This document shows, in pieces, positions 35,325 to 45,133 of a stretch of 64,000 nucleotides of DNA. The stretch's first letter is position 1, and each line of letters begins with the position of its first letter. Origin of the DNA: Bacteroidota bacterium (lineage in GTDB: Bacteria; Bacteroidota; Bacteroidia; CAIKAF01). The DNA lies in the NCBI GenBank assembly GCA_023432985.1, contig JAEZEQ010000065.1, positions 12 to 64,011 of the forward strand, in the 5' to 3' direction. The notes beneath the pieces were generated by a model. That model searched no databases and was not told the DNA's origin. It was given only the letters and a program-made list of their open reading frames with translations. The position numbers were made by a program, and so were the translations under genes.

Positions 35325-37448
35325 ATGGATTTTATTATAGAGCAAATTATTGCTCAACACAACTTTAAACCCAATCATATTGAACAGGTTCTGAAACTCC
35401 TCCAAGAGGGTGCAAGTATCCCGTTTATTGCCCGATACAGAAAGGAAATGACCGGCTCTATGGATGAGCTGGATATAGCGAAAATTCAAAAGGAGTTTGC
35501 ACGCCTCACAGAACTGGAAAAAAGGCGAACTTATATATTGGAGCAGGTAAAGGAATCCGGAAATTTGACCCCGGAATGGGAAAACGCAGTGAAAAAAGCA
35601 GTTCTGCTTAGCGAACTGGAAGATTTATACCTGCCTTTTAAACCTAAAAAAAGATCGAAAGCACAAGCCGCTATAGAAGGAGGATTGGAACCTTTGGCCC
35701 GAAAAATTTTTCAATCTGACCTGCCCAAACCCGAACAAGAGGCCGCCAAATACATCAATGCCCAATTTCCCACCGTCGAAGCCGTAAAAGAAGGCGTAAT
35801 GGAGATTTTGGCCTTGTGGATTTCGGAGGATCAGAATATCCGTAAATATCTGCGCGATGTATTTATGAAACACGGCATTTTTTCTTCAAATAAAAAAAGA
35901 GGAAAGAGGGAAGGAGAAGAAGTATATGCCGATTATTTCGATTATACTCAGGTTTGGCATCGTATGCCTTCTCATCGTTTGCTGGCTTGCCTGCGGGGCG
36001 AAAGAGAAGCTTTCCTGAATGTGAAAATCGGCATAGACAGCGAAAGAACTATCCCTTATTTACAAAGGCGTTTTTCGCGTTCAACCCGAATATGGACCGA
36101 TGAAGCCTGCGAAAAAGCCTATGATAAAATTCTGCAGCCGCATTTCGAAAAAGAATGCCTCGAACTGGCAAAAGAGAAAGCCGACCTGGAAGCCATTGCC
36201 GTTTTTGGATCGAACCTGAAACAACTACTCCTGGCACCACCCCTGGGGAATAAACGCATTATGGCTATAGATCCGGGATTTAGAACTGGATGTAAGGTGG
36301 TTTGCCTCAACGAACAAGGCGATTTATTGCATAATGAAACCATTTATCCGCACCCACCCCAAAAGGAAACAGCACAGGCTATGAAGAAAATTCGTAGTCT
36401 CGCCGAAGCCTATAAAATTGAAGCCATCGCCATCGGAAACGGAACGGCCGGAAGGGAAACAGAGGATTTTATTTCGCGCATCGTATTCCCCGAAAAATCG
36501 GATTTGCAAGTGTTTGTTGTCAGTGAAGCCGGTGCCAGTATATACTCAGCCTCCGCTATCGCACGCGAGGAATTTCCACAATACGATATTACCGTGCGCG
36601 GAAGCGTAAGTATAGGCCGAAGACTGATGGATCCATTGGCCGAATTGGTGAAATTGGATCCCAAATCTATAGGTGTGGGACAATACCAACACGATGTGGA
36701 TCAAAATCTGCTCAAAAGCGAACTGGATGCCGTTGTGATGAGCTGCGTAAATGCGGTAGGCGTAAATGTAAATACCGCAAGCAAATGGCTCTTGCAATAT
36801 ATATCGGGTCTGGGTCCGCAATTGGCCGGGAATGTGGTGGAATACAGAGAGAAAAACGGACCCTTTACTTCGCGCGAAGCATTGAAAAATGTGCCCCGCA
36901 TGGGACCTAAAGCATACGAACAATGTGCGGGATTTCTACGTATTCCGAACGCCTCAAATGTGCTCGATAATAGCGCTGTGCATCCCGAAAAATACCATAT
37001 CGTGCAAAAATGGGCAAAAGATCTTAAGGTGAATGTAGAGGATTTACTGGCAAGGGAAGAATGGAGAAATAAAATAGAACTCGAAAAATATATTGATACC
37101 CAAACCGGTATGGAAACCTTACAGGATATTATGAAGGAATTGGCCAAACCGGGCGCAGACCCCAGAGCAGCTATACGCATTATGGAATTTGATAAAAATA
37201 TACGCCATATCGAAGACCTGCAAGTGGGTATGATTCTTCCCGGTATTGTGTCTAATATCACTAATTTCGGAGCCTTTGTGGATATAGGAGTGAAACAGGA
37301 CGGATTGGTGCACCTGTCGCAAATGGCAAATAGGTTTATTAAAGATCCCAACGAAGTTGTGCAGCTGCAACAACAAGTGAAAGTGAAAGTTCTTGAAGTG
37401 GATATAGCCCGAAAACGGATTAACCTAAGTATGAAAATTGATAAATAA
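35325..37448 (+). CDS. tex: Transcription accessory protein Tex (YqgF/HhH/S1 domains)
   Basis: N-terminal IPFIARYRKEMTGSMDELDI; C-terminal S1 (GMILPGIVSNITNFGAFVDIGVKQDGLVHLSQM...VKVLEVDIARKRINLSM); 707 aa. Confidence 0.9.
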   Translation: MDFIIEQIIAQHNFKPNHIEQVLKLLQEGASIPFIARYRKEMTGSMDELDIAKIQKEFARLTELEKRRTYILEQVKESGNLTPEWENAVKKAVLLSELEDLYLPFKPKKRSKAQAAIEGGLEPLARKIFQSDLPKPEQEAAKYINAQFPTVEAVKEGVMEILALWISEDQNIRKYLRDVFMKHGIFSSNKKRGKREGEEVYADYFDYTQVWHRMPSHRLLACLRGEREAFLNVKIGIDSERTIPYLQRRFSRSTRIWTDEACEKAYDKILQPHFEKECLELAKEKADLEAIAVFGSNLKQLLLAPPLGNKRIMAIDPGFRTGCKVVCLNEQGDLLHNETIYPHPPQKETAQAMKKIRSLAEAYKIEAIAIGNGTAGRETEDFISRIVFPEKSDLQVFVVSEAGASIYSASAIAREEFPQYDITVRGSVSIGRRLMDPLAELVKLDPKSIGVGQYQHDVDQNLLKSELDAVVMSCVNAVGVNVNTASKWLLQYISGLGPQLAGNVVEYREKNGPFTSREALKNVPRMGPKAYEQCAGFLRIPNASNVLDNSAVHPEKYHIVQKWAKDLKVNVEDLLAREEWRNKIELEKYIDTQTGMETLQDIMKELAKPGADPRAAIRIMEFDKNIRHIEDLQVGMILPGIVSNITNFGAFVDIGVKQDGLVHLSQMANRFIKDPNEVVQLQQQVKVKVLEVDIARKRINLSMKIDK

Positions 37449-37559
37449 GTCACGGAATGTCAGGGAGAAAACTTGCAACGAAAAGGAGGAATTGAAGTGC
37501 CTATTTGTTGACTTGACCGAAATTGAATACCTTAGAGCAAAAAATATAATTTAGTTTTT

Positions 37560-38309
37560 ATGAAGACTGTATTGATTACAGGAGCAACAAGCGGAATTGG
37601 AAAGGCAACGGCAGAACTCCTTGCCGAGCATGGATATAGATTAATCTTATGCGGTCGCAGAGCAGAAATATTACAAGAATTAAGTAAGAAATTGAGCCGT
37701 AAAACAGAAGTGTTTACCCTCTGTTTCGATATCAGCAGACGCTCTGAGGTCCAAAATGTTTTTATGAGCCTCCCCGAAAATTATAAGGAGATAGATATTT
37801 TGATCAATAACGCCGGAAATGCACACGGCTTTAGTGAAATCCAAGATGGCGATTTGGACGATTGGGAAAATATGATCGATATAAACGTGAAAGGATTACT
37901 TTTTATTACGAAAGAAATCCTTCCGGGTATGATTGAAAGAAATCACGGACATATTATTAATATTGGTTCTATTGCCGGTAAAGAAGTATACCCGAAAGGA
38001 AATGTGTATTGCGCCAGTAAATTTGCCGTAGATGCCATAAATCGAGGTATGCGCATGGATTTGAATGCCTACAATATCCGTGTGGGTGCCATCAATCCCG
38101 GATTGGTTCAAACCGAATTCTCTTTGGTACGTTTTAAAGGAGATGAAGAACGCGCCAAGCAATCGTATAAGGGATTTAAACCCCTTAAACCGGAAGATAT
38201 AGCCGATATTATCCGCTTTATGCTGGAAGTACCCGAACATGTGAATATTGCGGACTTAACCGTATTGCCATCCGCTCAGGCCGGACCCGGATTGGTGCGC
38301 AAAAAATAA
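37560..38309 (+). CDS. SDR family NAD(P)-dependent oxidoreductase
   Basis: TGATSGIGKA Rossmann motif; catalytic YxxxK (YCASK). Confidence 0.85.
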   Translation: MKTVLITGATSGIGKATAELLAEHGYRLILCGRRAEILQELSKKLSRKTEVFTLCFDISRRSEVQNVFMSLPENYKEIDILINNAGNAHGFSEIQDGDLDDWENMIDINVKGLLFITKEILPGMIERNHGHIINIGSIAGKEVYPKGNVYCASKFAVDAINRGMRMDLNAYNIRVGAINPGLVQTEFSLVRFKGDEERAKQSYKGFKPLKPEDIADIIRFMLEVPEHVNIADLTVLPSAQAGPGLVRKK

Positions 38310-38392
38310 GATTAAGTAATTATTAAGTTTAACAATATGAAGCCCTTTTCCTCCCTTTATGTGTAAACTTGTATTGAATTTGACGAGTATAA

Positions 38393-40279
38393 ATGAATCG
38401 TAAATTTTCCCTCTTTGTAGGAATTCTCCTCTTTTTTTTGAACGCAGGATGTAATTCTTCAAGTAAAACTAAGGATATGAAAGAAAGCCCTGTCAGTGTA
38501 TCGGATCCCCATTCCTTCAGCATGCCGGAAGAGGCTAAGGTGAAGCATTTGCATCTGAACCTCGAGGTAGATTTCGAGCGAAATAAACTGAGAGGTTATG
38601 CCGAATATGATATTGAAACAGCCAAGGATGCTACGGAAATTATTTTCGATACGAAAGGATTAATTATTTCTAAAATCTTGCTCGATGCAGATACAAATCC
38701 GGCCGTTTTTCGTACCGAAATTCCCGATGATATTCTGGGCACTGCTTTGGTGGTTAAGATTAAAGAGAATACGCGTAAGCTGCGTATTTACTACGAAACT
38801 TCTCCCGATGCCGCGGCCTTGCAATGGATGAAAGCCGAACAAACCCTTGGCGGAAAACAACCCTTTTTGTACACCCAATCTCAAGCTATTCTCTGTCGCA
38901 CATGGATCCCGATCCAAGATAGTCCCGGTATTCGTTTTACCTATAGTTCCGAAATTAAAGTTCCGGTCGGATTAATGGCATTAATGAGTGCCGAAAATCC
39001 ACAAGTAGTTTCTCCAGACGGTATCTATACACACAAGCAAAATAAACCCGTTCCCGCCTATTTGATGGCATTGGCCGTGGGAAATTTGCATTTTCATAAT
39101 TACGACGATAAAACCGGTGTTTATGCCGAACCCGAACTGCTGAAAGAGGCAGTTTATGAATTCGAAGATACACACCAAATGTTGCACAGCGCCGAGAAAT
39201 TATACGGAGGGTACGACTGGGGACGCTTCGATATTTTGGTATTACCACCCAGCTTCCCATTCGGAGGCATGGAAAACCCTTGTCTTACTTTCGCCACACC
39301 AACCATTATTGCAGGAGATAAATCTCTAGTCTCTCTCATTGCACACGAATTGGCCCATAGCTGGAGCGGGAACCTGGTTACCAATAAAACATGGAACGAT
39401 TTCTGGCTCAATGAAGGCTTTACGGTTTACCTCGAACGCCGTATCATGGAGGAAATTTATGGGAAAGATTATGCCGATATGCTGGCCGTTTTAGGCTATA
39501 GCGACCTTGAGGAAAGTATGAGCCAAATGCTGGCCGATAATCAGTCCGATGATACCAAACTTAAACTTAACCTGGAAGATAGAGACCCGGATGATGGTAT
39601 GACCGATATTGCCTACGAAAAAGGCTATTTGTTCCTGATTTGTCTCGAAAACGCCGTAGGCCGCGAACGCTTCGATGCTTTTGTGAAAGGATGGTTCGCC
39701 GAAAAAGGATTTAAAGGTGCAGATACAGAAGAGTTTTTACACTATTTATACGCCCATTTAATTCCGGAAAATTCGGAAGAATATAAACGCGTATTGCCCC
39801 TGAATTGGATCTATGAGCCCGCCTTGCCCGAAAATGCCATTATTCCTGTATCTCAACGATTTAATCGCGTCGCAGCAATGTCGGAACAAGCTGTGTCAGG
39901 AGATTTCCCACCCTCGGATAGTACCCGAAAATGGACCAGTCATGAGTGGACTTATTTCCTGAAAGCCTTGCCGGAAGATAAGCTGAATATAGCTACTATG
40001 GCGGCATTGGACGAATCATATCAATTCAGCAATTCGGGAAATAATGAAATCTTATTTGTCTGGTTTATGCATTCGGTGCGCCTGGGATACGCTACTGCTT
40101 ATCCGGCATTGGAAAAATTCCTTATGAAAGTAGGACGGAGAAAATATGTGAAACCCCTGTATGAAGAAATGATGAAACAGGAAGCCACTGCCGCTATGGC
40201 CAAAGAAATTTATGCCAAAGCGCGGAATGGATATCACGCGGTTACTTATCAAACTATAGATAAAATTATTAATTATTAA
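38393..40279 (+). CDS. M1 family zinc aminopeptidase (leukotriene A4 hydrolase-like), lipoprotein
   Basis: HELAHSWSGN...x18...WLNEGF (HExxH-E zinc site); GGMEN motif; lipobox LNAGC. Confidence 0.85.
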   Translation: MNRKFSLFVGILLFFLNAGCNSSSKTKDMKESPVSVSDPHSFSMPEEAKVKHLHLNLEVDFERNKLRGYAEYDIETAKDATEIIFDTKGLIISKILLDADTNPAVFRTEIPDDILGTALVVKIKENTRKLRIYYETSPDAAALQWMKAEQTLGGKQPFLYTQSQAILCRTWIPIQDSPGIRFTYSSEIKVPVGLMALMSAENPQVVSPDGIYTHKQNKPVPAYLMALAVGNLHFHNYDDKTGVYAEPELLKEAVYEFEDTHQMLHSAEKLYGGYDWGRFDILVLPPSFPFGGMENPCLTFATPTIIAGDKSLVSLIAHELAHSWSGNLVTNKTWNDFWLNEGFTVYLERRIMEEIYGKDYADMLAVLGYSDLEESMSQMLADNQSDDTKLKLNLEDRDPDDGMTDIAYEKGYLFLICLENAVGRERFDAFVKGWFAEKGFKGADTEEFLHYLYAHLIPENSEEYKRVLPLNWIYEPALPENAIIPVSQRFNRVAAMSEQAVSGDFPPSDSTRKWTSHEWTYFLKALPEDKLNIATMAALDESYQFSNSGNNEILFVWFMHSVRLGYATAYPALEKFLMKVGRRKYVKPLYEEMMKQEATAAMAKEIYAKARNGYHAVTYQTIDKIINY

Positions 40280-40291
40280 ATATTAAATAAA

Positions 40292-41155
40292 ATGAAAATC
40301 CTTGTACCGGTAGATTTTTCAGGAAATAGTGGCCATGCGGCCGAACAAGCCATTTTATGGGCAGAAGACAGCGGGTCGGAACTGAAGTTTTGCTATGTTT
40401 CGCAGGTACTTACACCCACCGGTTCGATCACTTACGGCGTACCGGTAGAAACGCAAGCCGAACACCTCGAATCACGCGAAAATGATTTGAAAAAAATGAT
40501 CGAACCTCTGCTCGAAAAACATAAGGTGAGCAATAGAGTTAAGTATTCCTATATAGCCGTAAATAATGCCGTTAATTCGGACGGAATTGTGCAATTGGCC
40601 AATGAATGGAATGCGGATATGATTGTAATGGGAAATAAAGGAGAGTCGAATGTAGCTACTAAAATTTTTGGTTCTACAACTACCTCTGTTCTCGATAAAT
40701 CCGAAATTCCCGTGTGTACCATTCCCACCGGAAGCCTACGCAGCAATTGGAAAAAAATCGGCATAGGTACAGATCTGATTACGGTCGAAAGAGATATTGT
40801 AAAGAATGCAAATGTGCTGGGTAAATTGGCCGTGGATTTTGACCTCATATATGTACACCCCGTTTTCCCCGAAAAAGTTTCTATGGATAGCTTCTCTCCC
40901 GAAAAATTATGTAGCGAATTGCATAATCAGACCGGCTTTGCTTTTCATTGGACTCCCATTAAAACCGAGAAAGAAAACGATATCAGCGGGGGAATTGACA
41001 GCTATATCGAAGAGAAAGATCCCGATGTGTTGATTATGTTTTATACCCGACGCAATTGGTTCGAAAAACTAATCGATACCAGTATGACCAAGTCTATGAT
41101 TTTGAGTAATAAAGTTGCCGTTTTAAGCATAAAACGCAATCCTAAAATTGCGTAA
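40292..41155 (+). CDS. Tandem universal stress protein (UspA) domain protein
   Basis: Two USP-like halves, each ending in a GxxG...S(xx)V ATP-binding-like motif (MGNKGESNVATKIFGSTT). Confidence 0.7.
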   Translation: MKILVPVDFSGNSGHAAEQAILWAEDSGSELKFCYVSQVLTPTGSITYGVPVETQAEHLESRENDLKKMIEPLLEKHKVSNRVKYSYIAVNNAVNSDGIVQLANEWNADMIVMGNKGESNVATKIFGSTTTSVLDKSEIPVCTIPTGSLRSNWKKIGIGTDLITVERDIVKNANVLGKLAVDFDLIYVHPVFPEKVSMDSFSPEKLCSELHNQTGFAFHWTPIKTEKENDISGGIDSYIEEKDPDVLIMFYTRRNWFEKLIDTSMTKSMILSNKVAVLSIKRNPKIA

Positions 41156-41172
41156 TTAGCATTATAGATATT

Positions 41173-41209
41173 AAAAATCCTCCTTATTTCTTTAAGGAGG
41201 ATTTTTTTT
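41173..41209. terminator. Bidirectional intrinsic terminator
   Basis: A5-ATCCTCCTTA(tttctt)TAAGGAGGAT-T8, a perfect 10-bp stem. Confidence 0.85.
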
Positions 41210-41223
41210 GAAATTTTTTTCGA

Positions 41224-41955
41224 TTAAGGTCTGACCAATTCATACATGGCTACAGCCCCCGCTGCTGCAACATTCAGAGATTCAATTTTCCCGAACATGG
41301 GAATTTTGACACGCTGCGTACAGAATTTTAAATGCTCGGGCGCTATACCCGTTTCCTCTGAGCCCAATAATAAGGCCATTTTGTCGCTGCGCTTAATATC
41401 GTACAAGGAATGTTCGGTTTTTTCGGTGCAAGCAACAACTTCAAATCCTTTGTCGGTAAGATATTTTATGGTATTTCGTAAATGCGAACTACGGGCTATT
41501 TTTATGAGATTAAGCGCACCCGCACTCGATTTTACTGCATCGGCACCAATGCGCGCAGCCCCTTTGGTAGGCACGATTACCGCCTGAAATCCCGCACATT
41601 CGGCTGTCCTGCATAAGGCTCCGAAATTACGTACATCGGTGATTTTATCCAGTACCAAAATCATCGCTTTGCTATTGTTCGCCAATACCTCATCAATACA
41701 AGCTTCGGCTTTTAAAAGTTCAATCGGACTCAAAAAGGCAACTATGCCCTGATGATTTCCCCTAACGGTTCGATCTAGTTTTTCGACCGGCACTTCTTGT
41801 ATTATTATCTCCGAAGCCTTACATAATTTCTCAATTTCGGCTACATTATATCCCGATAAACCCTTCTTCATAAGTACTTTTTCGGGCTTTTCGCCGGCTT
41901 TTAAGGCCTCTAAAACGGGATAAATCCCGTAAATGGTGTCTTTATTCTCTTGCAT
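41224..41955 (-). CDS. rlmB: 23S rRNA (guanosine-2'-O-)-methyltransferase RlmB (TrmH/SpoU family)
   Basis: IYGIYPVLEAL N-terminus; SpoU motifs LLLGSEETG and NVAAAGAVAMYE. Start trimmed to MQENKD (244 aa), so the track ORF is extended 52 codons upstream. Confidence 0.8.
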   Translation of the reverse strand: MQENKDTIYGIYPVLEALKAGEKPEKVLMKKGLSGYNVAEIEKLCKASEIIIQEVPVEKLDRTVRGNHQGIVAFLSPIELLKAEACIDEVLANNSKAMILVLDKITDVRNFGALCRTAECAGFQAVIVPTKGAARIGADAVKSSAGALNLIKIARSSHLRNTIKYLTDKGFEVVACTEKTEHSLYDIKRSDKMALLLGSEETGIAPEHLKFCTQRVKIPMFGKIESLNVAAAGAVAMYELVRP

Positions 41956-42104
41956 CGAGGCAAAGGAACTGCAAAATTTGTGCTTCACCAAAAATATTTT
42001 GCATTTGCAAATCAGCGATTTGAGAGAAAAGTACATTTTTTTTTTGAGAAAGTGTTTGTGAATTAGAAAAGTGAATGTATATTTGCAGCCCGAAATCAAT
42101 TGAC

Positions 42105-42176
42105 GGCCCATTCGTCTATCGGTTAGGACATCAGATTTTCATTCTGAAAAGAGGGGTTCGATTCCCCTATGGGCTA
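42105..42176 (+). tRNA. tRNA-Glu (anticodon UUC)
   Basis: Manual fold: acceptor GGCCCAT/ATGGGCT; D-stem GTCT/GGAC; anticodon stem TCAGA/TCTGA with loop TTTTCAT; T-arm AGGGG-TTCGATT-CCCCT; discriminator A; CCA not encoded. The overlapping minus-strand ORF 42139-42414 is spurious. Confidence 0.8.
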
Positions 42177-42219
42177 CAAAATTTAAAAACAGGACCTTAG
42201 GTTCTAAAAAAACAAGATT

Positions 42220-42474
42220 ATGGCAAATCACAAGTCTGCAATCAAAAGAACCCGTTCGAATGCTGCCAAAAGAGCACGCAATCGTTACCAACATAAAACT
42301 ACACGTACGTTTATCAAACGTTTGAAATCTCTTACGACGAAACCTGAAGCGGAAGCTCAATTGAATCAGGTTATTTCTATGGTCGATAAATTGGCCAAAA
42401 GAAATATCATTCACGATAATAAAGCTGCGAACTTGAAAAGTAAGCTTACTAAATTTGTAGGAAGTTTGAATTAA
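42220..42474 (+). CDS. rpsT: 30S ribosomal protein S20
   Basis: MANHKSAIKRTRSNAAKRARNRYQHKT...; 84 aa. Confidence 0.9.
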   Translation: MANHKSAIKRTRSNAAKRARNRYQHKTTRTFIKRLKSLTTKPEAEAQLNQVISMVDKLAKRNIIHDNKAANLKSKLTKFVGSLN

Positions 42475-42498
42475 TTTTTACGCTTTTTAGACTATATT

Positions 42499-42530
42499 AA
42501 AGCCTGTCTTAACCCGACAGGCTTTTTTTA
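42499..42530. terminator. Intrinsic terminator after rpsT
   Basis: AGCCTGTC(ttaacccg)ACAGGCT-T7; the T-tract runs into the radC start. Confidence 0.8.
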
Positions 42531-43225
42531 TGTCTGCCTACGAAAACAAACCAATCCGCAATTGGGTGCGCGAAGACCGACCCAGAGAGAAATTGATGTC
42601 TAAAGGACACCATGCATTGAGTGATGCCGAATTGCTGGCCATACTCATTAATACCGGAACCAAAGGTCAAAGCGCTATTCAGCTCGCTAAAAATTTGATG
42701 CAGCTGGCCCAGGATAATCTGGTCGAATTATCCCGCCTCGATTTACATGATATAAGAAAGATTAAAGGTATAGGCGAAAAAAAAGCGATTGTTATTCTTG
42801 CTGCGCTCGAACTGGGAAATAGACGTCGTATGGCCGGTGCCCTCGAAAGAGCCCAAATCAGCAGCTCTAAAGATGCATACGAGTTCATTAGTCCGCTCCT
42901 CTCGGATAGTAAAACCGAAAAATTTGTCGTTCTCTACCTGAATAGAGCCAATAAAATTATAACGCACCGACTTCACTCATCCGGTGGTTTGACCGGAACG
43001 GTGGTGGATATTAAACTGATTCTAAAAGAAGCTATTATGCATAGCGCATGTGGAATTATTATGGCCCATAACCACCCCAGCGGAAACCTTCAACCTAGTC
43101 ACAACGATAAACGTCTTACCCAAAATATGAACGAATCGGCAATGCTTATGGATGTGGTCCTCTTCGATCACCTGATAATTACTGGCGATAATTACCTTTC
43201 CTTTAAAGATGAAGGCCTACTCTGA
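42530..43225 (+). CDS. radC: RadC-like JAB/MPN domain protein
   Basis: HhH N-terminus (IKGIGEKKAIVILAALELG); JAMM motif HNHPSG. Confidence 0.85.
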   Translation: MSAYENKPIRNWVREDRPREKLMSKGHHALSDAELLAILINTGTKGQSAIQLAKNLMQLAQDNLVELSRLDLHDIRKIKGIGEKKAIVILAALELGNRRRMAGALERAQISSSKDAYEFISPLLSDSKTEKFVVLYLNRANKIITHRLHSSGGLTGTVVDIKLILKEAIMHSACGIIMAHNHPSGNLQPSHNDKRLTQNMNESAMLMDVVLFDHLIITGDNYLSFKDEGLL

Positions 43226-43447
43226 AGGCTTATTGCATTGCTCCTCGGGCATAGCGCCACATAAGCCGCAGGCTTCCCCGTCTTTATTGAGCATTGGATT
43301 CTGACTGGCACAAGTACCCGCAAATTTCCCGTTTTTCTTGAAAATTAATTTCACCGCTATGCCCGCAAATGCTAAGCCCAACATTGCTAAGGTTAATCCT
43401 AATGTTACTAATAATGTCTTGTCCATTTTTTCTTTTAACTTTGACAA
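43217..43447 (-). CDS. Small Cys-rich membrane protein (FeoB-associated Cys-rich-like)
   Basis: 76 aa; one TM helix; CASQNP...CGLCGAMPEEQC cysteine cluster. Confidence 0.45.
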   Translation of the reverse strand: MSKLKEKMDKTLLVTLGLTLAMLGLAFAGIAVKLIFKKNGKFAGTCASQNPMLNKDGEACGLCGAMPEEQCNKPSE

Positions 43448-43492
43448 AGTTACGATTTTAATACGCTATTTCCTTATATTTTAACATACGTT

Positions 43493-45133
43493 TTGGTGAT
43501 TACAGCAGCTCGAATTCGACAAGAAATATGGCAGAATATGCCTCGGCAAGAATGGGATATCCTCGTAATAGGAGGTGGGATTACCGGCGCCGGTATTGCG
43601 TTGGACGCTGCATCGAGGGGATTGAAAGTGGCCCTGGTCGATATGCACGATTTTGCCTCCGGTACATCGAGCCGAAGTACCAAATTGATACATGGCGGAC
43701 TCCGTTACCTGAAAAATTTTGAATGGGGGCTCGTGCGCGAAACCGGAATCGAAAGAGCTATAGCCTTTAAAAATGCCCCGCATTTGGTTAGACCCGAACC
43801 CATGCTTTTGCCCGTACTGAACGGTGGATCTATGTCGCGAAATGCCATTTCACTAGGCGTTTGGTTCTATGATTTTTTGGCCGATGTGCCCCGAAAACAA
43901 AGAAGAATAATGCTCGATAAACAGGAATGTCTCGCTAAAGAACCCCTGCTGAATAAAGACCTGGTGAAAGGCGCCGCACTCTATCACGAATATAGAACCG
44001 ATGACGCCAGACTCACCATTGAAGTCCTTAAAACCGCCCGAAACCACGGTGCAGCCGCACTAAATTACGCAAAAGCCGAAAAACCTATTTTCCAAAATGG
44101 GAAAATTGTCGGATTTTCTATTCAGGATATGCTCTCGGAGCAAAAAATGGAACTGAAAGCAAAAGTGGTCATTAATGCCGCCGGACCCTGGGTAGACCAA
44201 GTCAGAATTGCCGCACAAAGTCTTAATGATAAACGCCTGGTCTGGTCTAAAGGCGTACACCTCGTTTTTTCTAAGAAAAAATTGAATGTTAATCAAGCTT
44301 GCTACGTAGACGTTTTACCACAGAAAGGACGTATGATTTTTATTATCCCGCGCGATGAATCTACTTATGTGGGAACTACGGATACTTTTTTCCCCAGCCC
44401 GGATAATCCGGATGTGACCCTGGAGGATGTACATTACCTGCTCGATGCATTGAATGCGGTTCTGGATATACCTAAATTGGAAATGAAGGATGTTCAAAGC
44501 TCTTGGAGCGGACTCAGGCCTCTGATTCATCATGCCGGAAAACCAAGTAGCGAACTCTCCCGTAAGGATGAAATTTTTGTCTCGGAAAACGGACTAATCA
44601 CTATAGCCGGCGGAAAATTGACCGGCTACCGTAAAATGGCACAAAGAACGGTTGATAAAGCCATAGACTTAGGCCAATTGCCCAAAAGTAAAAGCCATAC
44701 AGCCCAAATTGTATTGCAGGGCGGACATATAAATGGATCCCTGGATGCCTATATCTACCAGAAAACGGAAGAATGTACCCAAATTCCATGCGAATTTAAA
44801 CAGGTGGAACGCCTCGTGTTTAAATATGGAAGCGAAATCGATAAGATTATTGAAATGGCATACACGCTCTATAACGCCGATAGAAGTTTGACTGCTCCAC
44901 TCCTCATGGCAGAAATTCAATATGCCATTGAACAGGAATTTGTGCAGTGCCCGGCCGATTTCTATATACGCCGCACCGGAATGCTTTATTTTTATCGTGA
45001 TGAAATTCCCATGCACCAAAAATTATATGGATCTTTTATGCAAGAAAAATTGGGATTGCAAACTGATCAATTCACCGAAAAACAGGCAGAAATGAAACAG
45101 ACTTTTCATGATGCCCTTAGCTTTGTTTCATGA
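43493..45133 (+). CDS. glpD: FAD-dependent glycerol-3-phosphate dehydrogenase/oxidase
   Basis: FAD fingerprint DILVIGGGITGAGIALDAASRGLKVALVD; motifs SGTSSRSTKLIHGGLRYL; 546 aa. The start could be the internal M at 43538. Confidence 0.85.
   Translation: MVITAARIRQEIWQNMPRQEWDILVIGGGITGAGIALDAASRGLKVALVDMHDFASGTSSRSTKLIHGGLRYLKNFEWGLVRETGIERAIAFKNAPHLVRPEPMLLPVLNGGSMSRNAISLGVWFYDFLADVPRKQRRIMLDKQECLAKEPLLNKDLVKGAALYHEYRTDDARLTIEVLKTARNHGAAALNYAKAEKPIFQNGKIVGFSIQDMLSEQKMELKAKVVINAAGPWVDQVRIAAQSLNDKRLVWSKGVHLVFSKKKLNVNQACYVDVLPQKGRMIFIIPRDESTYVGTTDTFFPSPDNPDVTLEDVHYLLDALNAVLDIPKLEMKDVQSSWSGLRPLIHHAGKPSSELSRKDEIFVSENGLITIAGGKLTGYRKMAQRTVDKAIDLGQLPKSKSHTAQIVLQGGHINGSLDAYIYQKTEECTQIPCEFKQVERLVFKYGSEIDKIIEMAYTLYNADRSLTAPLLMAEIQYAIEQEFVQCPADFYIRRTGMLYFYRDEIPMHQKLYGSFMQEKLGLQTDQFTEKQAEMKQTFHDALSFVS

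Noticed and set aside
42139-42414. 91-aa minus-strand ORF
   Set aside because: It covers the tRNA-Glu and the rpsT coding region, so it is a translation artefact of structured and coding DNA.
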